Shown: positions 11,384-21,165 of the stretch, one piece after another
How positions within the stretch are numbered: the first letter of the stretch is position 1
Layout: every line of letters starts with the position of its first letter
Assembly (NCBI GenBank): GCA_963820555.1
Contig: CAWGAT010000047.1
Span: forward strand, 33,982-97,981
DNA length: 64,000 bases
Origin: Candidatus Bathyarchaeota archaeon
Lineage (GTDB): Archaea; Thermoproteota; Bathyarchaeia; TCS64
Direction of reading: 5' to 3'
Position numbers and translations under genes: made by a program
Notes under the pieces: model-generated
What the model was told of the DNA's origin: nothing
What the model saw: the letters and a program-made list of their open reading frames with translations, nothing else
Databases searched by the model: none

Positions 11384-11773
11384 TCAACTAACTTGGTTTA
11401 TTACGACTTTCGTTTCCTCAGGGAAATCGCGCATCAGGCTATCCAGCAGCGTCTCAGTTATGAATCGCTTGAAACCAGTCTCGTCTAGGGATGGATAATA
11501 GACCCAGTGATGGCCGCCCTTACCCGTCTTCTCCTCACCCGAGATCACTCCCATCCCCCGCATAGCCTCCAAGAAGTTGATGATGCTGGCTCTGGAGATG
11601 GTCTCGCCTTTGAGAGCTTGGTTCACCTTAATCCAGACCGTTCTACTATTAGCACCCTCCAGAGAAGACCAGACAATCTGCATTGCCTTGAGTTGCCAGT
11701 TCTTCAGAACAGCATTGAAGCCTGTTTGTGACGTGTCGTATTCGAATCCGTTCATCACTCTGATCATATTCAC
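11384..11773 (-). CDS. Winged-helix transcriptional regulator-like protein
   Basis: ISRASIINFL…GVI…TGKGGHHWVY wing motif. Confidence 0.7.
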   Translation of the reverse strand: MNMIRVMNGFEYDTSQTGFNAVLKNWQLKAMQIVWSSLEGANSRTVWIKVNQALKGETISRASIINFLEAMRGMGVISGEEKTGKGGHHWVYYPSLDETGFKRFITETLLDSLMRDFPEETKVVINQVS

Positions 11774-11980
11774 AGCTATCTTTTAACATTTTTTCCAAAT
11801 TCACTCAGAGAGTTATCAAAATTCTTAACATGAAGGGAAAAACAAGCCCCTCCTCTTTGTGTAGAGTCGAGTCGTGGGTTGTGTAGACAATTGAGATATT
11901 CTCAGAGGGCTTGAAGTCGCGCGCTGGGGCGTTTAGAAATTATTTAAGCGTGTACGCCTCTTGAACACCGCTGATGTAGA

Positions 11981-12766
11981 ATGGAGTATAAACAAATCAA
12001 GGTAAGCAAAGATGAACAAGTGGGCGTCATCACAATCGATGCCCTACCGCAGAACGACTTCAGCAAGAGGATGATCGTGGAGATACTCGACTGCCTCGAC
12101 AACTTCGAGAGGGACGACGAGGTCCGGGCGGTCATGCTCAAGAGCACGGGGCCGAACTTCTCCCAGGGCGCGGGCGTCGAGGACCTCGACAAGGACATAG
12201 TGGAGGGGGTGACCGACACCCCGTTCTCGGAGCTGGGTGGCAGGATCGTCGAGAGGATCGACTGCTACCCGAAGCCGACCCTCGTCGCGGCCCGGGGCAT
12301 CTGCTTCGGAGGCTCCACCGCCGTCTTCAGCGCCTTCGACATCAGGATAGTCGGGGAGACCTTCAACATCCACGACGGCGACATCTACTACGGGATCGTC
12401 GGGTCCTGGGGAATGTGCAGCCTCCGGCTGCCGATTTGGATTGGTAGGAACAAGGTGCTGGACTACATGTTCCTCAACGAGGGCTTCACGGGGAGGCAGG
12501 CATACGAGCTTGGGCTGGTCAGCAAGGTCGTGCCGGACGACCAGGTCGACGAGATTGGCCTCGCCATCGCTAAGAAGATGTCCACCGCCGCGCCCGTCGC
12601 CGCGAGGTACTTCAAGGAGTGCGTCCGAAACACACTATACTCCCACCTCGCGGAGGCCCGTGCGAAGGAACTTGAGGCGTCGAAAATAGTCTGGGCCACC
12701 GAGGATGCCAAGGAGGGCCTGGCGAACGTTATCAGGGGAAAGAAGACCGTCTTCAAGGGCAGATGA
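11981..12766 (+). CDS. Enoyl-CoA hydratase/isomerase family protein
   Basis: NFSQGA, PKPTLVAARGICFGG, GLVSKVVP, TEDAKEG…F.GR. Confidence 0.88.
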   Translation: MEYKQIKVSKDEQVGVITIDALPQNDFSKRMIVEILDCLDNFERDDEVRAVMLKSTGPNFSQGAGVEDLDKDIVEGVTDTPFSELGGRIVERIDCYPKPTLVAARGICFGGSTAVFSAFDIRIVGETFNIHDGDIYYGIVGSWGMCSLRLPIWIGRNKVLDYMFLNEGFTGRQAYELGLVSKVVPDDQVDEIGLAIAKKMSTAAPVAARYFKECVRNTLYSHLAEARAKELEASKIVWATEDAKEGLANVIRGKKTVFKGR

Positions 12767-13029
12767 ACTAACCACCTCTAGGAGGCGGGCTTCCTGACTC
12801 GCTGAAGCGACTAGCCCAACCCGCTGAGTCGCGCATTCAACTATTTAGAAGTAAATCAGCCCCCACCCACCTCTCCATCGAACAAAGGTTGAATGTTAAG
12901 CGCGTGCTTGACTCACTAATGTTTCTACACAAATAATGGAGACAATGGCTGGAATATAGGCGAGGCACCCTGTGTTCGACAGATACCTCGCTAGATTAGG
13001 GAACTACAATCGTAAAGTATATTAACAAA

Positions 13030-13047
13030 AGTTTACATATGTAAACT
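13030..13047. promoter_or_regulatory. 18-bp perfect palindrome upstream of the HTH-MNT gene, probable autoregulatory operator
   Basis: AGTTTACATATGTAAACT equals its own reverse complement, 20 bp before the start codon. Confidence 0.6.
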
Positions 13048-13067
13048 AAAGTTTATGGTGTTTTGGT

Positions 13068-13655
13068 GTGCTTCTGCATAAATATCTGGAGAAACTCCTG
13101 GGATCCAAGGCCAAAGTGAAGATACTAAGAGCCTTACAACGCCACAGAGGCAAAGAGTTCACCGTGCGTGAGCTCGCAGATTACATTAATATCTCCCACA
13201 CAGGCGTCCATAAAGCCCTCATTGACTTATATGACATGAACGTGATCACCCTCAAATCTGTCGGAAAATCCCACACGGTGACCCTAAACGAGGAAAGCCA
13301 TACGAGGGACCTGTTAGAATACCTATTCAAATTCGAGGAGGAGACCCTAAGAGCGCTCCAGAGTCTTATAAATAATTACCTCTGTAGCCAACCTAATATT
13401 AGTTCAGCCGCAATATTCGGAAGCGTTGCTCGCGGAGAAGAGGAACCTCGAAGCGACATCGACCTCCTGATACTATCAAATGACAGGGAAAAAGCGGAAG
13501 TGGCAGTCTCAGAGCTTCAAGTTGAGGTCTCCAGAAAGTTCGGGAACCCCCTAACTACATACATCATAACTAGAGAGGAGCTGGAAGGGAGGAAAATACC
13601 TTTAATGAAAGAGATACAGGAGCAACACATCATGATCTGCGGCGAAACTCTGTAG
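13068..13655 (+). CDS. HTH-fused minimal nucleotidyltransferase (MNT antitoxin)
   Basis: N-terminal HTH (FTVRELA…ISH), then IFGSVARG…SDIDLL. Confidence 0.88.
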   Translation: MLLHKYLEKLLGSKAKVKILRALQRHRGKEFTVRELADYINISHTGVHKALIDLYDMNVITLKSVGKSHTVTLNEESHTRDLLEYLFKFEEETLRALQSLINNYLCSQPNISSAAIFGSVARGEEEPRSDIDLLILSNDREKAEVAVSELQVEVSRKFGNPLTTYIITREELEGRKIPLMKEIQEQHIMICGETL

Positions 13656-13663
13656 TAGACGTA

Positions 13664-13738
13664 ATGTCAATAAAAACTAGGAAAGTGGAGCATGGACTAT
13701 ATACTAAGTCTGTTGACGTCTACATAGTATTTATATAG
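13664..13738 (+). pseudogene. Probable N-terminal stub of the partner HEPN toxin
   Basis: MSIKTRKVEHGLYTK… starts 8 bp after MNT and stops after 24 codons; position and N-terminus resemble HEPN partners. Confidence 0.45.
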
Positions 13739-13949
13739 TTGTTATATGCCAACGCCGGAATTTGTTAATAATTAAGGTTCTTCGGACTTCGTCAGATTCG
13801 TTATAATGTTAAAACTTGGTGAGTGTCATAACTACATGGATCGGATTTCTTAGGGCTAAACGGGAAGACCCCAGTTGAGGCTTGCAGAATCGAGGTCAAG
13901 GGAGATAACAAGTGGAAGATATTAATTCAAAACGCAAAGAAGACCAATT

Positions 13950-14315
13950 TTATATATGTATAAGTCCTTTCTCTTTCGCTATTTGAAGTAGTTCATCTAT
14001 ATCCTTTATGGGAGCCATTAAGGCAAATTCTCCCCAATGCCATAAGCCCTTTTCATGTGTTTGGGTTCTATACCCAAACCGCAACTCCTTTCTACCATCA
14101 TCCCATAGTAATTCTTCTATCAAAATGATTTTATCGATAACATTTGTCTGTTGTCCCCAAACGACTTTATTTATTTTGAAGTGAACCCGATCTTTTCTAG
14201 ACCTACCCTTTGGGACAATCCCACCTTCGAGCTTGAGACGAAGCGTTTTACCTGCTCTATCCTTTATCGGTATCTCTCGAACCCTATCCTCTTCAGAAAA
14301 ATAACCATTAATCAT
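13950..14315 (-). CDS. Hypothetical protein (AT-rich)
   Basis: 121-aa ORF in AT-rich DNA. Confidence 0.65.
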   Translation of the reverse strand: MINGYFSEEDRVREIPIKDRAGKTLRLKLEGGIVPKGRSRKDRVHFKINKVVWGQQTNVIDKIILIEELLWDDGRKELRFGYRTQTHEKGLWHWGEFALMAPIKDIDELLQIAKEKGLIHI

Positions 14316-14487
14316 ATCATATTCTATAATACTACCATTTCGGTTAACATTTGCTTTTCAATCAACCGAAAGGTAACAGCCCAACAAAACAGTCTGATCA
14401 ACCGAAGAGGTAACAGAACCCTCATATCTAGGTTCATCCCGAAGAATTTTGACATGAAGATAAATCCGACGAAGACTTGACAGAACC

Positions 14488-14607
14488 GCCCATTACCTTC
14501 GCAACTTCGTTGACTATCTCATCGATAGAACTTGATCCACCCAGATTCCGTAATGCCTGAAGGACGGGATTCATGAATTTATCGTAAGAAGGAAGACTCG
14601 GCGTCGT
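14488..14607 (-). pseudogene. mrr: Mrr restriction endonuclease N-terminal (Mrr_N) remnant
   Basis: Manual translation TTPSLPSYDKFMNPVLQALRNLGGSSSIDEIVNEVAKVMG; no start codon, similarity ends abruptly. Confidence 0.7.
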
Positions 14608-14774
14608 ATCCCCACCTATACTATATTGTTGGTTTCAATAGGATATTTAAAATAATTTTAATTCAATATGCTTAACGGTTCAAATTAAAAATGCTTTATT
14701 TTGAAGAAGACCCTTTTAAAAAGTGTGACTTTTCACATAAAATATTTTTCTCTTAAAAATTATATCATATGAAA

Positions 14775-15587
14775 TTACTCATAAATAATATCACCATCAC
14801 GCGTAGTTATAGTCATTTTAATCAACCCTTGATAAACTAATTCATTTAGAGAATCTTTTACATCCATTTCTTGATATGACTTTTTTGGATTGCTAGACTT
14901 AAGTATATTTGTCCAGTCATTAATAGTTCCACTAAATTGAGTTTCATCTTTTTTATTTAATATAGTATTTCTCAAACTTGGATTATAAATATTTTTCAAT
15001 GTTTTAAAACAATATAAAAGAACTAGGATCGAAGTGATCCAAATTGCCATATGATAATAAGGCGTTTGTCTATCAAGAATAACTATTTTATTATCCCAAA
15101 AAATGAAATATTTTACAAAATCTAAGTATAGTCCCATAGAACCATAAAACGATATAGATAAAACACCGCTACTAACTGCCACTCGGAATAAAATATGTTT
15201 CCACCAACTAAAAACGTCTCTCTTCTTTATTGCATAATAAGAACATAACAATATGGGAGCAAGGCTAATAATTAATGCAGTAATAGCTTCAATATATTTT
15301 TCTAAAATAATTAGAATGATAAACTGTATTAACAAACCAGCAGAAACCGAAGCTAAATTCGAAACGATTTCTTTTCGCTTCATTGAGATCTCAAAAAATG
15401 GTTTTAATAATTCTTCATCACATTCTCTACAAAGTCTTCGTTTTGGAAAACTTCTCATCGTTGTAACAAATTTTTTAAGAGGAGCAACCGCAGGTTCGAT
15501 AAAAAGCTCGTCAGTTCCCCATGCAAAAAAACTAAAAAATAGACCTAAAACTCCAGTTACAATACCTGAAAAAAGGAACGCGTCCAT
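14775..15587 (-). CDS. AT-rich multi-pass membrane protein
   Basis: 270-aa ORF with about 5 hydrophobic segments. Confidence 0.7.
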   Translation of the reverse strand: MDAFLFSGIVTGVLGLFFSFFAWGTDELFIEPAVAPLKKFVTTMRSFPKRRLCRECDEELLKPFFEISMKRKEIVSNLASVSAGLLIQFIILIILEKYIEAITALIISLAPILLCSYYAIKKRDVFSWWKHILFRVAVSSGVLSISFYGSMGLYLDFVKYFIFWDNKIVILDRQTPYYHMAIWITSILVLLYCFKTLKNIYNPSLRNTILNKKDETQFSGTINDWTNILKSSNPKKSYQEMDVKDSLNELVYQGLIKMTITTRDGDIIYE

Positions 15588-15621
15588 TATGTTCTATAGA
15601 TTTAACTAGAAATAATATTTA

Positions 15622-15840
15622 TCATTTTTCTTTTTTATCTTTCTTGAACAGGTGCCAATTGAAATCCTTCAAATATTGATCCCAAACTACATCGGAAACT
15701 ATGAGAAGACCGGGAATGATACCTATGCCAACAGCAATATTATTCGTAATACTAACTGCCTGTATACCTAATGAAATTATGCCAAAACCAAATAAAAGTA
15801 AAATAAGACCGATCACCCACTTTCCCGGTTCTTTGTGCAA
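15622..15840 (-). CDS. Small 2-TM membrane protein
   Basis: 72-aa ORF with two hydrophobic helices. Confidence 0.55.
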   Translation of the reverse strand: MHKEPGKWVIGLILLLFGFGIISLGIQAVSITNNIAVGIGIIPGLLIVSDVVWDQYLKDFNWHLFKKDKKEK

Positions 15841-16211
15841 TATTATCCCCTCGACCTTAGGGAACTTATAGGAAAAATATAACGGAGCTTTAATATATAT
15901 TTTATTCTTAGTATGTGATAATTTTCAAAAAAATTCACCTTTTCTCGAATGGTGGTAATAAAACGTGTTAACATTGAAACGCGTGTTCCAAAGTAATTTG
16001 GGGAGAATAACTTAAAAAAGGAAAAAATTTAGATCGAGCTGGTTGAAGAGATAGCTTTATATAATTGTTGTTATGGATGCACCCACTTTTTTGGTGGGTC
16101 TAGTGCCGCACATTGTTTCTATTTCTAGTGAGGAAAACGATGGGCTCAGCATCGGCGTCACTAGGCGGTTCCTCGGGCGCCGAGCTGATCCCCAGGTCAA
16201 ATGGGTGAAAC

Positions 16212-16541
16212 GTGATGGAGCTCGAAGCAACGATAATGGGCCACAGGGTCACCTTCCGAAGCTGGACGTACGGGAAGAAACAGGATGCTATGCGAAGGGC
16301 GACCAGTTGGAGGAAGGAGCCCGACGGGGGCTTGGTCCCGGACGTTGACCCGTGGCTCCTCAACGACCTGATGCTGGCGGCGACGGTCGCTGAGTGGGAC
16401 CTAAAGGGGCCGGATGGTAGCCCCCTCCACGTGTCCGTCGAGTCCATTCGGGGGATTGAGCCGCCGGAGCTCGTTGAGCAGATGATCGAGTTCACCCAGA
16501 GGCTTAACGGTGTCACTCGGGAGGAGAGAAAAAAATCATGA
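16212..16541 (+). CDS. Tail assembly chaperone (G-like)
   Basis: MLAATVAEWDL…ESIRGI…EERKKS; ends in an A AAA AAA slippery heptamer upstream of the tape measure gene. Confidence 0.72.
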   Translation: MMELEATIMGHRVTFRSWTYGKKQDAMRRATSWRKEPDGGLVPDVDPWLLNDLMLAATVAEWDLKGPDGSPLHVSVESIRGIEPPELVEQMIEFTQRLNGVTREERKKS

Positions 16542-16753
16542 TGGCTGTGAAGCGCGGTAAGCCTGAGCCACTTCTGGAGGATGTTTCGCTCTGCGCTCGC
16601 TTGGGCTGGACCCTAGACCAACTGAGGCGTCAGCCTGCAAGGTTCGTTGAGGTTCTTAGGGTCTACCTCGGGGCACTGGACGACGTGCAGAGCCGTGAGA
16701 ACAGGCGCCTGACCGAGGAATTCGAAGCGAAGATGCGGAGGCTTCACCCTTGA
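16538..16753 (+). CDS. Tail assembly chaperone T part (-1 frame extension)
   Basis: LCARLGWTLDQLRRQP motif; in the -1 frame of the preceding ORF. Confidence 0.7.
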   Translation: MMAVKRGKPEPLLEDVSLCARLGWTLDQLRRQPARFVEVLRVYLGALDDVQSRENRRLTEEFEAKMRRLHP

Positions 16754-17130
16754 TGATAACTAAGGCAATAAGATTTGGGGACCTGGGATTAGAGCTTAGG
16801 TTACTCCCAACCAGAGTCGGTGAGGCCTCAAAACAATCCCTAAGCCTCGACCGCATGGTCTTAATAGCGAAGTCCTACTGCCCCATCGACACCGGAGCCC
16901 TGATGGCCTCGATCCGAGCAGAAATGCGCGGACCCCTAGAAACGGCCCTGATCGCGGGCGGAGGAGGATACGTTAACCCCAGAACCCTAAAACCTGTAGA
17001 TTACGCGAAAAACGTCCACGACGGTACGAGCCGCATACCACCCCGACCCTTTCTCCTCCAGGCAATCCTCGCCGAGCGGCTCAGGCTCGCACAGGAGATC
17101 ATTGAACGGAGTGGAGGGCTGATGTCGTAA
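16750..17130 (+). CDS. HK97 gp10-like tail component
   Basis: AKSYCPIDTGALMASI…YAKNVHDGTSRIPPRPFL. Confidence 0.82.
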   Translation: MMITKAIRFGDLGLELRLLPTRVGEASKQSLSLDRMVLIAKSYCPIDTGALMASIRAEMRGPLETALIAGGGGYVNPRTLKPVDYAKNVHDGTSRIPPRPFLLQAILAERLRLAQEIIERSGGLMS

Positions 17131-17744
17131 TGGAGACCAGCCTAGTCTACACGGTCTCTGTCACCGGCCTAGACCAGGTTAAAGCACAGGCGGATTCAGC
17201 CGCGAAGAGTGCAGACCTCGCCTCGAATAGTGTCAGGGGCCTTCAGGGAGAGGGCCTCAGGACCATGCCCCTGGTGATGAACGCCCTCCAGACGGTGAAC
17301 TCTCTCCACAGTAGCGTGGAGAACGCCACGAAGGCGCTTCAGACGATGAACCCGGAGGCGATGATCTACGCCCTCCTAAGCATGATCAGCGTCGCCACCA
17401 ACCTGATGCAAATCATGAGACTCCTGAGGGAGTCCACAGCCACCGCCGCCGCTGCCCAAGCAGTCCTCGACACCCTGATCGGAGCCTGGTGGCTGATACC
17501 CCTCGCAATTACTGCTGGAGTGATGGTTGCGTCGAGTGTCCGCTCTATGCAGACAGGGGGACTCATCCATGAGACTGGGACGTATCTCCTCCACAGGGGG
17601 GAGTACGTCGTACCCGCCAACAACACGGCCAACTACGGCCCCTTCTACGTCTCCTTCACGGGCGGCCCTCAGGGCCTCGACGTGGAGGGGTTCCTGAGAG
17701 AGCTTGGCCCGAGCCTCACGAGGCGGATCAGGAGGACTGCCTAG
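17130..17744 (+). CDS. Short tape measure-like protein
   Basis: Ala/Leu-rich helical body with the C-terminal MQTGG…TGTYLLHRGEYVVP motif. Confidence 0.7.
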   Translation: METSLVYTVSVTGLDQVKAQADSAAKSADLASNSVRGLQGEGLRTMPLVMNALQTVNSLHSSVENATKALQTMNPEAMIYALLSMISVATNLMQIMRLLRESTATAAAAQAVLDTLIGAWWLIPLAITAGVMVASSVRSMQTGGLIHETGTYLLHRGEYVVPANNTANYGPFYVSFTGGPQGLDVEGFLRELGPSLTRRIRRTA

Positions 17745-20478
17745 ATGACGCTAGCCCCCTCGCCCACTTGGGCTCAATGCCACATCGAGGTTCACGAGGC
17801 GCCCGGTTGGCTCGACGACTGCTTCAGGTCGACTTTATGGACCAAGTTCCGGAGCGCTGACTCCGAGAGCTTCGCCAACGCAAACGACATAGCAGGGGAC
17901 TACGCAACAATGGCGGTCACTGAGGGCGACGTAGTCAACGGCTGCGGGTGGCAGAAGGACATCATTGGCCTCGCCCTAAACACGTCGAACTACCCGAGCC
18001 TACGAGTCCGCCTCAGGGGTAGGGGGACTTCACCTCAATATCAGATTGAGGTGGAGATGAGTGACAGCACAATCGATGCGTCAGGTTGGTGCGACGCCCC
18101 AACGGGGTTCGAGGCGAGGACCCTTAACCTCACCCCCGGCAAGACCGTCAAATACGTAAGACTCTACGCCCGATTCATCGACACCCCTCGCCTCAGCCCA
18201 GATCGACTACGACTACGCCGTCATTCAGGCCCAGCCGCCACTGATCCCATACGAACACCTGAGGTCGACGTGGAGCTCCAGCACACCATCGCTAGCTCCG
18301 GCTTCAGGGTCAGATGCTGGCACGACATCCTCCAGGGCGTCACCGCCCGCAGCTATACGATTCGAGGAGGGCTCAGGCATCAAGGCCTACGACCTGAGCG
18401 GCAACCGAGGGCCACGGAACCCTCGTCAACTCGCCCACATGGGTCGCAGGTGCAGCCACGGCGGAGGTCTCCAGTTCGTCGGCTCCTCTTCGCAGAGAGT
18501 CGACACAGGGTACCTCCCCACAATCCCAGCGTCAGGGGCCCTGAGCATCGCCTCTGGGTCAAGGGCATCGAGTGGGGCTACAGGCGTCATCGTCGGCTCA
18601 GGGAAGGTGCCTGGCGGGTCGTTCAACAGGCTCCAACTCAACTTCCAGTCAACGGATAAGGTCAGGCATCTACGTCAAGGACGACGCTGGCAACATCCGG
18701 CAGTACACATCGACAAGACGATCTGCGATGACACTTGGCACCACGTCGTCAGCCGTCGTGGACCCCGCCAACGACGTCGTCACCCTCTACGTGGACGGCA
18801 TATTCGACGGGCAGGCATCGGGAGCCCTCGGGGCAATCACCCTCGATGCCCTACGACTTCACATTGGGCTGCCTCCATAACGAGGCTGGCTACACGCAGC
18901 TCATGCGACATGCTTCCTCGACGAGGTGGCATTCTACGAGAAGGCTCTGACCTACGATGAGGTCCTGACATCTTCAGGAGGGATCCACCCTCGGGGATAA
19001 GCGGGGCGTCCTGTGGCGCATGGGTGATGATCTACCTGGCCGCGGAGCCGGAGAGCCTGGTCTACAAGCTGATCAGTGGAAGGGTGCTCGAACGCGTACA
19101 TGGGCGGCGACCCCGATGGGCCCTGGATTGAGCTCAGCGGCGAGGACCAGAGCGAGATCGTCCACGAGAGGATCTGGAGCCGGGAGTTCACGAGCCCGAC
19201 CCAGATCAGCACCGTAGCGGGGTACGTCGTGGACGATGCCGTGGACGAGCTCTACCGGGACATCGACGCCACGAACAGGACGATAGTCAACAACTTCAGG
19301 AACGAGAACGCCTGGAGCGTCCTCGGCAAGCTGGCGGAGAGTGCATCCTTCGCAACCGGCGAGAGCGGCGCTCACTTCTTCGTGGACCCCGGCGGCTGCT
19401 TCCGGTTCCGGAAGTACGGCGCCTTCGCCTGCCCACACCATCATCTCGGACGGCAGCGACGGCTACCCGCCGAACATCATGGACATCGAGGCCACGGAGA
19501 GCATCAAGGGCTCGCCCAGCCTCGTCAACGACGTGAAGGTGGTGATCTTCGAGGAGGAGAACATACCTAGGGATCGAGGACGGTTGGACGGAGTGCGCCG
19601 GATGGCTGGAGCAGCCCGGACCCAACGGACTCGGCTATCCCCTAGAGCGAGGCAGTTGACAAGGTAAGGGGACTACGCCTCCGTCAAGTTCCAGACGACG
19701 AACCCGGGCCCAGTCTACAGGATGCGCCTCTCCTTCTCGGAGCAGGACCTAACCGGATTCGACTCGGTCAAATTCAGCCTCAAGTACGGGTCAGGGCTCA
19801 GCATCGACTCCTTCACGTTCCAGATAATGAAGGGGAGGCTTCGGAGCCGGCGACTACTATGAGATCACAGGCGATGTATCTCCCCCGGGAGCCGACGCCT
19901 GGCATGAGATAACGATCAACCTCGCCGATATGAGCAGGATCGGCAACCCAGGCAACATCGTTAACAACCTCGAGCTGAAGGCCGTACCACGTCCACCGAG
20001 ATCGGGATCGGCGGCTTCCTCATCGACCATCTAAGATTCATCCGCAGCGAGAAGTCGGGAAGCGCCTCAGACTCGGCGAGCCAGCTCACCTACGGGAAGC
20101 GGAGCCTCACCATCGTCGACAAGGGCATAACCAGCACAACCTACGCAGGCTACGTCGCCTCGAACATCGTCGCCAACCGAAAGAACCCAGTGGCCACACT
20201 CGGAGTAACGGTGCCTGGACGCGGTCAGCCCGGCTATAGACCACCCCAGAGCGTCACCGTGACGAGCCTCAAGGACGGGATAAGCTCAAGGGCCTTCCAG
20301 ATCGTGAAGGCTAGGCACAGGATACACAGCCGGGGAGGGCTACACCTGCGAACTTGACCTCGTCGCCGCCAAGACCGCGGGAAGCCCCCCGCTTACTCGG
20401 AGCTGGTCTGCCCGAGCCTCAACGATCTCCCAACTCTCCTCGGCGAGTGGAGGAGGCGGCTGCAGGGGGAGGCACTGA
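17745..20478 (+). CDS. Large minor tail/baseplate hub protein with LamG-like domain (many frameshifts)
   Basis: Fragments read DDTWHHV.AVVD…LYVDG, DEVAFY (LamG-like); then LSGED…, FFVD.GG.FRF, SQLTYGKR (hub-like). Confidence 0.65.
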
Positions 20479-20500
20479 ACAGCCTCAGGAGTGAGTGGAT

Positions 20501-20916
20501 ATGAAGAACGATGAAAAAGCATCCGAGGGATCCGAAGCGGATCCCCTACGGAACGAACGAAGGTAGTCGAGGGCCTTGAGAAGGGGGACCTCGTCGTCGT
20601 GAGGTGGACGGACGCGAGCGACCGGAAGGCGCCCCTGGAGGAGCACATCGGGGACCCGAGCATCTACTGCAAGGACTGGGGGATATACCTCGGCGTCACG
20701 GGCGCACGAGCGACGTTCATACTCATCGGGAAGGACATCGTCGAGGTCCACAACGAGTGGGGGGCGACCAGGATACCGCTGGAGCTCGTCGAGGAGGTGA
20801 TACGGTGTCCTACCCGAGAACAAGTCGTGAGAAGAATTCGGGAGATTCAGGTCCTCGGCGGAAGGGTGCGCCTCAGGAAGAGGAGGAGGGAGGTAAAGGT
20901 TGTTAGAGTGGCTTAA
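20501..20916 (+). CDS. Hypothetical viral protein (frameshift near 20560)
   Basis: GDLVVVRWTDAS…WGIYLG…IP; operonic position. Confidence 0.6.
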
Positions 20917-21165
20917 GGAGAAGCTAACGAAGACGATGGTTCAGGCGGCGCCCGGAGGAGCGCCGCATAAGGGTAGTCGAGGACGTGCCCAGCGACAGAT
21001 TCGTCCTACTAGTCGCACTCATGGTCATATTCTTCGCGGGTCTCATAGCCCTCGAGGTGGCGCACATGGTCGTCTTCGGCGCAGTGGAACGAGGCCGTCT
21101 TCAACGGCGTCATGCTGATCGTCGGCACCATCGTCGGCGCCGTCTGGGGGAGGAGCGAGGCATGA
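20900..21165 (+). CDS. Small 2-TM membrane protein, holin-like position (frameshifted)
   Basis: RFVLLVALMVIFFAGLIALEVAH…WNEAVFNGVMLIVGTIVGAVWG. Confidence 0.55.

Noticed and set aside
12781..12833. GC-rich foldable stretch after the enoyl-CoA hydratase, possible HDV-like ribozyme
   Set aside because: Stems are short and do not fit the nested double-pseudoknot order
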